This document shows, piece by piece, positions 1 to 8,918 of a stretch of DNA of 64,000 nt. Position numbers and translations under genes: made by a program. Source of the DNA: an uncultured delta proteobacterium (GTDB taxonomy: Bacteria > Desulfobacterota > Desulfobaccia > Desulfobaccales > 0-14-0-80-60-11); contig CAWETI010000003.1 in assembly GCA_963812015.1 (NCBI GenBank), forward strand, positions 1 to 64,000, read 5' to 3'. The notes under the pieces are model-generated. The model was not told where the DNA came from, made no database searches, and saw only the letters and a program-made list of their open reading frames with translations. Numbering within the stretch: the stretch's first letter is position 1; every line of letters begins with the position of its first letter.

Positions 1-494
1 TTGGCCCTGGCTATGGAGGCGCCGGAGCCGGATATCATGACGCGCCCCCCCCCGGGATCCCCAGCGGCCGATCTTTAACCGGTCCGACTTCAAGCGGATG
101 AGCTTCGAGGGGCGCGGCCATGACGGCGGGGCCCTGGGGGCCTTCGGTTACGGGATCATGCGCTACGGCATGGGCGCCCGGGCCAGCACCCTGGCCTTCC
201 ACGGCCTCACGACCGGCCAGCTCCTCCACGCCCTCAGTTGCCGTTCGGAACAGCACAGTCTGCTGGGCCCCGGCAGCCTGCCCCCCAACCGCTACCTGAC
301 CCTGGCCCTGGGGGGCTCCCTGGCGGTACAGGCATTAACCGCGGTGGTCCCCTGGTTCCGGACCATACTCGGTCTGACCCCCCTCGGCCTGGTGGATGCC
401 CTGGTGGTGGCCGGCGCCGCGGTCCTGCCCCTTTTTGGTGAATGAGGCCACCAAGCAGCCCCCCGCCGAGGCAGAGGAAGAAGAAATCTCGTGA
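1..494 (+). CDS. Cation-transporting P-type ATPase, C-terminal part (5'-truncated by window; apparent homopolymer indels)
   Basis: Frame 1 reads LALAMEAPEPDIMTRPP, a typical P-type II ATPase C-terminal motif. The downstream ...QLLHALSCRSE...NRYL...LQALTAVVP matches the same domain. Frame continuity needs 1-nt corrections in C, G and T runs (~45-53, ~108-131, ~431-437). The corrected frame ends ...EEEEIS* at 494. Confidence 0.75.
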
Positions 495-581
495 GGCGTT
501 GAAAAACGGTTAGTCACCCTGAGCATGCTTCCTTGGCCGGGAAGCCACCCCGCATGATGAAAAATTTACAGGATTTTCCTT

Positions 582-1781
582 ATGAGAAAAGACTTTGTGT
601 TCAATTCCGAGTCCGTTACCGAGGGGCACCCGGATAAACTGTGTGATCAGATCAGCGATGCCATCGTGGACCACTTTCTGACCCAGGACCCCTTTGCCCG
701 GGTGCGGGCCGAGTGCGCCATCTCCACCTCGATTCTGTTCATTGCCGCCCGGTTTGCCTCAGAAATCAAAGCGGATATCCCCAACCTGGCCCGCAAGGTA
801 ATCGGGCAGGTAGGCTATGTCCAGCCTGACTTTGACGCCCGGACCTGCAGCATCTTGACCAGTCTCCAGGAGTATCCCTCCGACGCCGATCTCTTTTTCC
901 ATGAAAACCGGCTGTCGGAAGCCGAGATGGACCGGATCCTCGTGCGACAGCAGGCCACGGTCTTCGGCTATGCCTGCCGGCAGACCGAGGTCTTGATGCC
1001 CCTGCCCATCTGGTTGGCCCATAAGCTGGCCCGCCAGTTGATCGCGGCCCGGCTCCAGCACCTGATTCCATACCTGTCCCCCGACGGCAAAACCCAGGTG
1101 GGCGTGGAATACCGGAACCGCAAACCCCGCCGGATCCACAGTATCACCATCATCGCCAGCCGCTCCAAATCCGCCGCGGCTAGCGTCAATATGAAGCAGC
1201 TCCATGACGATGTGATGGAAGCGGTGATCCGGCCAACCTTTGTCGGCGAAGCCATCCGGCCGGATGACCAGACCATGATATTCATCAATCCGGTGGATAA
1301 TCTCATGGTCGGGGGCCCGTCAGTGCATTCCGGTCTCACCGGCCGCAAAACCGACGTGGACCTGTACGGCGATTACGCCCGGCAGGGCGGCAATGCCCTC
1401 AGCGGCAAGGACCCCATGCGGATTGATCGGGTGGGAACGTATGCGGCCCGCTATGCCGCCAAGAACCTGGTGGCCGCCGGCCTGGCGGAAGAATGTGAGG
1501 TGCAGCTCAGCTATTCCATCGGCCAGCCCCGGCCGGTGAGCATCATGGTGGAGACCTTCGGCACCGGCAAGCTCCCGGATGACGACCTGGCCCATTTGGT
1601 GGAGCAACACTTCGATTTTCGTCTGGCCGGCATCCTCAAGCGCTTTCAGCTCCGGCAGTTGCCGGCCCTCCACAAAGGCAAATTTTACCAGAAACTGGCG
1701 GCTTACGGACAGGTGGGGAGGGTGGACCTGAAGCTTCCCTGGGAAGAAACCGACAAAATCAGCCTGCTCCAAGAGCAATAA
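582..1781 (+). CDS. metK: Methionine adenosyltransferase (divergent MetK homologue)
   Basis: SESVTEGHPDKLCDQISD, DGKTQV, GLTGRK and SGKD motifs are present; the GAGDQG motif is altered. Confidence 0.88.
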   Translation: MRKDFVFNSESVTEGHPDKLCDQISDAIVDHFLTQDPFARVRAECAISTSILFIAARFASEIKADIPNLARKVIGQVGYVQPDFDARTCSILTSLQEYPSDADLFFHENRLSEAEMDRILVRQQATVFGYACRQTEVLMPLPIWLAHKLARQLIAARLQHLIPYLSPDGKTQVGVEYRNRKPRRIHSITIIASRSKSAAASVNMKQLHDDVMEAVIRPTFVGEAIRPDDQTMIFINPVDNLMVGGPSVHSGLTGRKTDVDLYGDYARQGGNALSGKDPMRIDRVGTYAARYAAKNLVAAGLAEECEVQLSYSIGQPRPVSIMVETFGTGKLPDDDLAHLVEQHFDFRLAGILKRFQLRQLPALHKGKFYQKLAAYGQVGRVDLKLPWEETDKISLLQEQ

Positions 1782-1842
1782 CGATGTCCCCGGAAAGTCT
1801 TCCGGTAGCGGAGGCGAAGGCTTAGGTGCCCAAGTTTCACAT

Positions 1843-1871
1843 AAAAAAGGCAACCCGGATTCTGGGTTGCC
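1843..1871 (-). terminator. Intrinsic terminator for tmRNA (possibly bidirectional with metK)
   Basis: GGCAACCC/GGGTTGCC stem with an A6 run on the + strand, i.e. a U-tract on the minus strand. Confidence 0.65.
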
Positions 1872-1900
1872 TGGTTAATTGATCAACTTGTTTAAGTAAT

Positions 1901-2247
1901 TGGTGGAGGCGGCGGGAGTCGAACCCGCGTCCGCCAATAGTCCCTGGAAGCTTCTACATGCTTAGCCGGTGTTTTAGTTTCGCCCCCGAAGACTTCCACT
2001 GGCAGAATTCCCAGAGGCTATCCCGCTTGAGTTTTCGTCCGCCAACCCGCAGGCCTTATTGGCAGCTTTGCCAGGATGCCGTCATCTGGAGCCCTCTCCC
2101 GGCGTCGAGTTCCAGATGCTAGCCTTAAGCGGCTAGAGCGTAGCCGTAGTTGTCGGCAATTATGGTTTTCCTACCCGTTTAACGAGCGGACAGGACCTCG
2201 GCATGCAACTTACAGTTCTCCATTCACGTCGAAGCCGTTACGCCCCC
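1901..2247 (-). ncRNA. ssrA: tmRNA; tag peptide (A)ADNYGYALAA* encoded at 2157..2125
   Basis: 5' GGGGGCGTAACGGCTTCGAC; 3' GGACGCGGGTTCGACTCCCGCCGCCTCCACCA; internal tag ORF ends YALAA-stop. Confidence 0.96.
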
Positions 2248-2320
2248 GTATTTAAATTATAATCATTACTTGAGGTTTCCGCAAGCCCCCCTGCCCGGCG
2301 ATTAAACGGTACCGGGCGCC

Positions 2321-2959
2321 CTAGCGGTTCGCCTGGAATTGCCGGGCCGCCCCCATCAAACGGTAGACCGAAGCGCCGGAGAGAGCGGCGATGTCCTCGG
2401 TGGGCAAATACCCGGGGATGGTTTCATCGAAGAGGATATTGGCCTCGGGGGGAAATTCCTCGTCTCCGCCCCAGAGGATGTGGGTGATGGGCACCTTGGG
2501 AAAGGCCAGGAATCGGGCCGCGGCATCCCCCAGGGGCTGGGGCTCGCCTCCCAGGCTCGCCGCCACCTTGACGTAGAGCGCCAGATCGTGGCCGAAGGTC
2601 TCCAGCAAGGGCTTTTTGGCCCGGGAGACGAAGGCGGACCAGTAAAACCCGCCTTCCGGAACCTGGCGGAAATCGATGCTCCGGCCGGAGGGGGGCTCTC
2701 CCGAGGCGTTGAGCAGGTAGTGGAGGATGAGGATTTGCTCCGGCAGGGAAATCTCGCCGGCGCCGTTGACCGGGGTCACGCCGATCTCGGGCCAGGAGAT
2801 GCGCCGCGCCTGCCCGAAATAGGGCACGATGAGGCCCTCGTGGGCCGCTTCGACAAAGTGTTGAGCGCCGGTGCGGTTCTCCAGCCGCTTGGGATTTATC
2901 TTCTGCAATTCCGCCACGGCCAGGGCGATGGCTGTCTTATAATCATCGATGCGGGGCAT
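2321..2959 (-). CDS. DUF3786 family protein
   Basis: QILILHYL, FRQVPEGGFY, FPKVPI and WGGDEEFPPEANILFD...LPTED motifs. Confidence 0.8.
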   Translation of the reverse strand: MPRIDDYKTAIALAVAELQKINPKRLENRTGAQHFVEAAHEGLIVPYFGQARRISWPEIGVTPVNGAGEISLPEQILILHYLLNASGEPPSGRSIDFRQVPEGGFYWSAFVSRAKKPLLETFGHDLALYVKVAASLGGEPQPLGDAAARFLAFPKVPITHILWGGDEEFPPEANILFDETIPGYLPTEDIAALSGASVYRLMGAARQFQANR

Positions 2960-3129
2960 ACCGCCTCCCTTCAGTAATAGGTGCCGGATCGAGGCGGGCG
3001 GGTGCGGCAGCCGGCCACAGCCCGGCAGTGGCCCGGGGGGCGCCTTAATCCCGGTCCGGTCCGAGCTGCCGGTGAGGCACCTTCAGGGAAAAGCATATCA
3101 TACTTGGCGTTTAGGCCAAAAAATTTCTA

Positions 3130-3158
3130 TTGACACGGCGAAGGGAATATTTTAGGCT
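3130..3158 (+). promoter_or_regulatory. Sigma70 promoter of the aromatic amino acid operon
   Basis: TTGACA (3130-3135), 17 nt spacer, TAGGCT (3153-3158). Confidence 0.65.
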
Positions 3159-3182
3159 GATTTAAGGTCGAGGGAATCAAAA

Positions 3183-3269
3183 ATGTCATCCTGCTGGGTC
3201 CGGTACTTTTATTTTAGCTTTTATTATTATCCGGGCCAGGAGTGCGCCTCGACTTTTAAAAGAATGTAG
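3183..3269 (+). CDS. Aromatic-amino-acid leader peptide MSSCWVRYFYFSFYYYPGQECASTFKRM
   Basis: Preceded by a GAGGGA SD. 9 of 12 consecutive codons are Trp/Tyr/Phe. It is followed by a terminator hairpin and lies upstream of the aro/phe operon. Confidence 0.85.
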   Translation: MSSCWVRYFYFSFYYYPGQECASTFKRM

Positions 3270-3290
3270 GCACAACGAAAAAAATCTTTT

Positions 3291-3329
3291 AAAAGCCGTG
3301 GCGCAGGCGAGGCGACCACGGCTTTTTTT
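3291..3329 (+). terminator. Attenuator terminator
   Basis: AAAAGCCGTGG / CCACGGCTTTT stem followed by a T run, lying between the leader peptide and the first gene. Confidence 0.8.
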
Positions 3330-3385
3330 ATCCGGCGGCTGTGGGGTCTCAAAGCCTTTCAGGCGGCGCGGCGAGGGAGGAGCAA

Positions 3386-4183
3386 GTGGTCGGCAAACAG
3401 ATTCGCATGGAACGCATTATGAACCGGGACACGGGGCGCACGGTGATCGTGCCCATGGATCACGGCGTCACGGTTGGCCCCATTGAAGGCCTGATCGACA
3501 TGAAGACCACCGTCAACGCGGTGGCCAGCGGCGGGGCCAATGCCATTCTGATCCACAAGGGGCTGGTGTCCAGCGGCCATCGCCGCCGGGGCAAGGACGT
3601 GGGGTTGATCATTCACCTGTCGGCCTCCACCGCCCTGTCACCCTACCCCAATGCCAAGACCCTGGTATGCACCGTGGAGGAAGCCATAAAGTTGGGGGCG
3701 GACGCCCTCTCCATTCACGTCAACGTGGGGAACGGCTCCGATCAGGAGATGCTGGCCGACTTGGGCCGGGTGTCCCGGGAAGCCCGGGAATGGGGCATGC
3801 CGCTCTTGGCCATGATGTACCCCCGGGGCGAAAAGATTAAGGATGAATATGATCCCCAGGCCATCAAGCACGTGGCCCGGTTGGGGGCGGAGCTGGGGGC
3901 GGACATCGTCAAGGTGTCATACACCGGTTCGGTGGAGTCATTCCGCCAGGTGGTGGCCGGCTGTCCGGTGCCGGTGGTCATTGCCGGCGGCGCCAAGATG
4001 AATTCGGACCGGGACATCCTGGAGATGGTGCAGGGAGCCATCGAGGCCGGGGGGGCCGGGGTGTCCATCGGGCGCAATGTCTTCCAACACCGGGACCCCA
4101 GCCGGATGGTGGGGGCGATGAGCATGCTGGTGAATGAAAACTCCGGGGTCGAAGAGGCCCTGTCCTTTCTCCAGGCCGTGTGA
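3386..4183 (+). CDS. 2-amino-3,7-dideoxy-D-threo-hept-6-ulosonate (ADH) synthase, DhnA-type class I aldolase (AroA')
   Basis: [20 protein letters not shown] and SIGRNVFQ motifs; adjacent to DHQ synthase II. GTG start at 3386 follows a GGAGG SD (the ORF track start 3341 is probably too early). Confidence 0.88.
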   Translation: MVGKQIRMERIMNRDTGRTVIVPMDHGVTVGPIEGLIDMKTTVNAVASGGANAILIHKGLVSSGHRRRGKDVGLIIHLSASTALSPYPNAKTLVCTVEEAIKLGADALSIHVNVGNGSDQEMLADLGRVSREAREWGMPLLAMMYPRGEKIKDEYDPQAIKHVARLGAELGADIVKVSYTGSVESFRQVVAGCPVPVVIAGGAKMNSDRDILEMVQGAIEAGGAGVSIGRNVFQHRDPSRMVGAMSMLVNENSGVEEALSFLQAV

Positions 4184-4197
4184 GCCAGGACGCCGCC

Positions 4198-5190
4198 ATG
4201 AAAAAACTATGGGTCAAAATTGATCCCTGGGACAAAAAGCTCGTGACCACCGCCCTGGAGAGCGGGGTGGACGCGGTGTGGGTTCCCCCGGGCCGGAGCG
4301 GCGACGTTAAGGCCCTGGGGCTCATCACCGTGGTGGCCCCGGATGGCGATCTGGTGCCGGGCCAGGATGTCCATGAAGTCGCCATTCAAAGCACCGCCGA
4401 CGAAGCCGAAGTCGTCCGTCTGGCCCGTGGCGGGCCGGTGGTGGTGCGCACTCCGGACTGGACCATCATTCCCCTGGAAAACCTGGTGGCCCAGAGCCGC
4501 AATATTTTCGTGGAAGTGGGCGAGGTGGACGAGGCCCGCACCGCCCTGGGCGTGCTGGAAAAGGGCGTGGACGGCCTGGTGGTCACCAATCCCACCCCGG
4601 CCCTGATCAAACAAATCGCCCGCCTGGTGAAAGAGGCCTCGCCGCCGGTGGAGTTGACCACGGCCCGCATCACCGGCTTGCGGCCCCTGGGCATGGGCGA
4701 CCGGGTCTGCGTGGATACCTGCAGCAACCTGGGCCTGGGGGAAGGGATGCTGGTGGGCAACTCTTCCGGGGGCCTGTTTTTGGTGCATGCCGAATCCCTG
4801 GAAAACCCTTACGTCGCCCCCCGGCCCTTCCGGGTGAACGCCGGGCCCGTGCATGCCTACATCCGGGTCACCGGGGATAAGACCAGGTACCTGGGGGAAC
4901 TGGCGGCCGGGGACGAAGTTCTCGTCGTCAATCACCAGGGGCGCACCACTGCCGCGGTGGTGGGCCGGGTCAAGGTGGAGCGCCGCCCCTTGATGCTGGT
5001 GAATGCTGAGGCCGGCGGCCGGGAGATTGCCACGATTTTGCAAAACGCCGAGACGATCCGCCTCACCCGCGCCAGCGGCGAGGCCGTGTCCATCGTCACG
5101 CTCAAACCTGGGGATGAGGTGCTGGTGGCCCTGGAAGAGACGGGCCGCCACTTCGGCCACAAAATCCAGGAAACCATCCTGGAGAAATGA
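4198..5190 (+). CDS. 3-dehydroquinate synthase II (AroB')
   Basis: [34 protein letters not shown] and RHFG motifs. Alternative GTG start at 4180. Confidence 0.92.
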   Translation: MKKLWVKIDPWDKKLVTTALESGVDAVWVPPGRSGDVKALGLITVVAPDGDLVPGQDVHEVAIQSTADEAEVVRLARGGPVVVRTPDWTIIPLENLVAQSRNIFVEVGEVDEARTALGVLEKGVDGLVVTNPTPALIKQIARLVKEASPPVELTTARITGLRPLGMGDRVCVDTCSNLGLGEGMLVGNSSGGLFLVHAESLENPYVAPRPFRVNAGPVHAYIRVTGDKTRYLGELAAGDEVLVVNHQGRTTAAVVGRVKVERRPLMLVNAEAGGREIATILQNAETIRLTRASGEAVSIVTLKPGDEVLVALEETGRHFGHKIQETILEK

Positions 5191-6278
5191 CCATGACGGA
5201 AAAAGAAGCCATTCGCAATCAGATTGACGCCCTGGACCGGGAAATCCTGAAACTGCTGAACCAGCGCCAGACCCAGGCCCAGGCCATCGGCCGCATCAAG
5301 AACCAGGAAGGGCGGGGCACCCTGGATTTTCAGCGGGAAGAAGAAGTCCTGGCCCATCTCATGCATCTGAACCCCGGCCCCTTGAGCCCCTCGGCCCTGC
5401 GCAATATTTTTCGGGAGATCATCTCCGCCGCCCGGGAGGTCCAGATTCCCTTCGGGGTGGCGTTCCTGGGGCCCGAGGCCACCTTCTCCCACCTGGCGGC
5501 CTTGAAAAAATTCGGCCGGGCCACCCGCTTCGGCCCCATGGCCACCATCCAGGAGGTCTTTGCCGAAGTGGAGAAGGGCAAATATCAGTACGGGGTGGTG
5601 CCCATCGAGAATTCCACCGAAGGCATCGTGAATATCTCCTTGGACCTGTTTGCCGAGACCTCGGTGAAGATCTGCGGGGAGATCTACCTGGAGGTCTCCC
5701 ACGACCTGGTGTCCAAATCCGGGCAGCGGGCCGATATCGAGGTCATCTACACCCACCCCCAGGCTTACGCCCAGTGCCGCCGCTGGCTGGGGACGCACCT
5801 GGGGGAGATTCCCATCCTGGAGGTGGCCTCCACCGGGGTGGCGGCCCAGAAGGCGGCCAAAAACCCCAACGCCGCCGCCATTGCCAGCGCCTTCGCGGCG
5901 CCCCTCTATGACCTCAGGGTGGTGGAGTCCCGCATCGAGGATAACCCCGGCAACGTCACCCACTTCTTTGTCATCGGCATGGATGCCCCCGGACCCACCG
6001 GCAAGGACAAGACCTCCATCATCTTTGCGGTGGACAATATCCCCGGGGCCCTCCATAAGACCCTGCGGCCCCTGGCGGACCGGGACCTCAACATGACCCG
6101 GATCATTTCCCGGCCCGCCAAAAACGAGGCCTGGCGCTACCTCTTCTTCGTGGACGTGGACGGCCACATAACCGAGCCCAAAGTGGGAGAAGCGATGGCG
6201 GAAGTGGAGAACATCAGCGCCCACTTCAAGCTCCTGGGCTCCTTCCCCCGGGCCGCCGGCGTGGAGAATTTGAGTTGA
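5187..6278 (+). CDS. pheA: Chorismate mutase / prephenate dehydratase
   Basis: N-terminal chorismate mutase (IRNQIDALD), FLGPEATFS, VPIENSTEG, C-terminal ACT domain. Confidence 0.93.
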   Translation: MTMTEKEAIRNQIDALDREILKLLNQRQTQAQAIGRIKNQEGRGTLDFQREEEVLAHLMHLNPGPLSPSALRNIFREIISAAREVQIPFGVAFLGPEATFSHLAALKKFGRATRFGPMATIQEVFAEVEKGKYQYGVVPIENSTEGIVNISLDLFAETSVKICGEIYLEVSHDLVSKSGQRADIEVIYTHPQAYAQCRRWLGTHLGEIPILEVASTGVAAQKAAKNPNAAAIASAFAAPLYDLRVVESRIEDNPGNVTHFFVIGMDAPGPTGKDKTSIIFAVDNIPGALHKTLRPLADRDLNMTRIISRPAKNEAWRYLFFVDVDGHITEPKVGEAMAEVENISAHFKLLGSFPRAAGVENLS

Positions 6279-7117
6279 AGGCGAGAGATGATTTTGGGAA
6301 AGGGGGCCAGGGGCGGCAAGCCCCTGCCCCCTCTCCCAAGCCCTCACCCCCAACCCCTTACAGGGGGCTGGGAGGGGAGTTTGAGGGGAGGGCGGGGGAC
6401 TCGACGTCCCCCGGCTCTCCCCTCAAATCAAAATCGAAACCCCTCCGCATTTGCGTGCCGGTGGTGGAGGCCACGGTCAACCGGGCCCGGGGCAAATATC
6501 AGCGGGCCGCCCGGAAGGGGTTGTGGACCGAGATCCGCCTGGACTATCTCGAGGAGCCGGCCCCGAATCTGGCGCGCCTGTTTCGGACCCTGCCGGGGCC
6601 GGTGATCGCCACCAACCGCCTGGCTGCGGAAGGTGGCCGCTGGCAAGGGGATGAGCTGGACCGCCTTAACCTCCTTTCGGAGGCCCTGGATCTTGGCGTG
6701 ACCTGCCTGGACGTGGAGCTGGCCGCGGACCCCGCCTGGCGCCGTGAGATCGCGGCCCGCCGGGGGGCCACCCGCCTCATCCTGTCCTGGCACGATTTTG
6801 CCGGCACCCCGGAGACGGCCCGGCTGGAGGCGGTCCTGGCGGAAATGCTGAATGCCGAGGCGGACATCGTCAAACTGGTCACCCTGGCCCGGCAGCCGGA
6901 AGACAATGTGCGCCTCTTGTCCCTCATCCCCCGGGCCAAAGCCCAGGGCAAGGAAATCATTGCCTTTTGCATGGGGCCTCTGGGAAAATGGTCCCGGGTG
7001 GCGGCGCCCCTGATGGGGAGCTGGCTCAGCTTCGCTCCTTTCAGTAAACACGGGGCCTCGGCCCCGGGCCAGCTCACGGTGAACGACCTCAAGCGGGTGT
7101 GGAACACTTTGAAATAG
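6275..7117 (+). CDS. aroD: Type I 3-dehydroquinate dehydratase with repeat-derived N-terminal extension
   Basis: ICVP, EIRLD, EGG, SWHDF, DIVKLV, FCMG..GKWSR and SAPGQ motifs. TTG start overlaps the pheA stop. Confidence 0.88.
   Translation: MKARDDFGKGGQGRQAPAPSPKPSPPTPYRGLGGEFEGRAGDSTSPGSPLKSKSKPLRICVPVVEATVNRARGKYQRAARKGLWTEIRLDYLEEPAPNLARLFRTLPGPVIATNRLAAEGGRWQGDELDRLNLLSEALDLGVTCLDVELAADPAWRREIAARRGATRLILSWHDFAGTPETARLEAVLAEMLNAEADIVKLVTLARQPEDNVRLLSLIPRAKAQGKEIIAFCMGPLGKWSRVAAPLMGSWLSFAPFSKHGASAPGQLTVNDLKRVWNTLK
6294..6428. repeat. ~135-bp multi-hairpin palindromic repeat (family A), within aroD 5' end
   Basis: Similar copies at ~42917-43050 (inverted) and ~44590-44688. Partial copies at ~18200-18265, ~22452-22511, ~26222-26285 and ~30400-30475. 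Confidence 0.8.
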
Positions 7118-7122
7118 CTCCT

Positions 7123-7180
7123 ATGTAGGGCGGGCACTGCCCGCCATCCTTTTAATCGTAGGGTGCGCACCGCGCACCAT
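7123..7180. repeat. Two GTAG-type REP palindromes
   Basis: GTAGGGCGGGCACTGCCCGCC and GTAGGGTGCGCACCGCGCACC. Confidence 0.75.
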
Positions 7181-7200
7181 AAATATACTGAGCACGCCAA

Positions 7201-8013
7201 ATGACCATCGACGGCCATACCAAAATCTTCGGCATCCTGGGGCGGCCCGTGACCCATTCCCTGAGCCCCGCCATGCACAACGCCGCCTATCGCCACCTGG
7301 GAATCAACGCGGTCTATGTGGCCTTTCCGGTGACCGACCTGGCCCCGGCCGTCGCGGGCTTAAGGGGTCTGGGGATCGGCGGGGTGAGCGTCACCATCCC
7401 CTTCAAGGAAGAGATCATCCCCCTGCTGGATGACCTGGACCCCCAAGCCGCTAAAATCGGCGCGGTGAACACCGTGGTCAACCGGGACGGCCGGCTCACC
7501 GGCTACAACACCGACTGGATCGGGGCGATGACCGCGCTCACGGCCAAAATCAGCCTCAAGAGCCGGCACGTCCTCATCCTGGGCGCCGGGGGGGCCTCCC
7601 GGGCCATCGCCTACGGCATTTTTCATCAGGGGGGTAAAGTTACCTTGACGGACATCGATACCGCCCGGGCCGCGGCTATGGCCGGGGACCTGGGGGCCGA
7701 GGCCATCCCCCCGGACGCCCTGGACCGCTGCCCCGCCACCATCCTGGTGAACGCCACCCCGGTGGGCATGACCCCGGACCTGGACGGGATTCCCCTAGAC
7801 CCGGACCTGCTGGGCCGCTTCGGGGTCGTCATGGACATCGTCTACCAGCCCCTGGCCACCCGGTTGCTCAAGGAAGCCCAAGCCCGGGGCGCCGCCACCA
7901 TCGACGGCCTCCAAATGCTCATCCACCAGGCCACGGCGCAGTTTGAGCTGTTCACCGGCCAGGAAGCGCCCGCGGAGGTCATGTCCCGGGCGGCGTATGC
8001 GGCCCTAGTTTAA
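7201..8013 (+). CDS. aroE: Shikimate dehydrogenase
   Basis: HSLSPAMHN, VTIPFKE, GAVNT, NTD, GAGGA, DIVYQP and GLQMLIHQA motifs. Confidence 0.95.
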   Translation: MTIDGHTKIFGILGRPVTHSLSPAMHNAAYRHLGINAVYVAFPVTDLAPAVAGLRGLGIGGVSVTIPFKEEIIPLLDDLDPQAAKIGAVNTVVNRDGRLTGYNTDWIGAMTALTAKISLKSRHVLILGAGGASRAIAYGIFHQGGKVTLTDIDTARAAAMAGDLGAEAIPPDALDRCPATILVNATPVGMTPDLDGIPLDPDLLGRFGVVMDIVYQPLATRLLKEAQARGAATIDGLQMLIHQATAQFELFTGQEAPAEVMSRAAYAALV

Positions 8014-8051
8014 TGATTTTTGGATCAACAATCTGAGAGCGGGGCAGTGTT

Positions 8052-8881
8052 ATGGAGCCTATTCCGATTCGTAATTGGATACAATTAATTGAGAACCTGA
8101 ATGAGTTAAAAAATACAAACGATAATTGGATTTTCCGGGGACAATCACATTATGATTCTTTAAAAACAAGCCTCGAGCGAGCGCTTGATGACTACGGTAT
8201 TTGTTTAAATAGAGCCCCGGAGATCGAGGAACAATTAATAAGAGACTTTCAGAGAAGGTATCAAGGACCTGATCTTGCCCTCGTCTTAAGTGATACCTTG
8301 TATTGTCTCTCCTTAATGCGCCATCATGGTGCTCCAACGAGGCTGTTGGACTGGACTTATTCACCATATGCTGCCGCATTCTTTGCATTGGAGGAAGGGT
8401 TGAAGCATAAGGGATATATGTGGTGTTTAAATGAAAAATGGATAAGTGATAAAGCAAAATCAATAGCAGGAGATGAATTGATAGGGAGGCGTAACCAAGA
8501 CGTTAATCGTTGTGATAATTCTTTTAGAGAGCTTTACATGAATAGGAAAAATAGTAAACCATACCAGATAGTTTTCGCCGAAAATCCATTCATGCTTAAC
8601 GAACGCTTAATTGTACAGAAAGGGGATTTCTCTGTCCTGGAGATGTATCGGAGAGCTTCGAATATAATTTTAAAACTTTAAGCGAGTGTAATGACAAATC
8701 TAGAATAAGAATATTATGTTTTGAGATGCTAAGCGTAGATCATATTTTCGCAATCGAGCAATTATTATTAATGAATATAAGTCGTGATAGTTTGTTCCCG
8801 GGATTAGATGGGTTTGCTCAATCTCTTAAACAAAAATTGCCACTCTATACAAAAATGGCAGAAAACCAAGTCGGACAATAA
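8052..8881 (+). pseudogene. FRG-domain protein, frameshifted near 8625 (AT-rich insert)
   Basis: IFRGQ, RHHGAPTRLLDWT and NERLIVQKG motifs. The -1 frame continues FLCPGD...SLFPGLDGFA...GQ* to 8881. Confidence 0.8.
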
Positions 8882-8918
8882 AAGGGTGCCCATAACGATC
8901 TAATTTGCTTACTGTGTT

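Noticed and set aside
1782..2320. Prophage or island integrated at tmRNA or tRNA-fMet
   Set aside because: No integrase and no duplicated 3' end of either RNA gene was found in the window.
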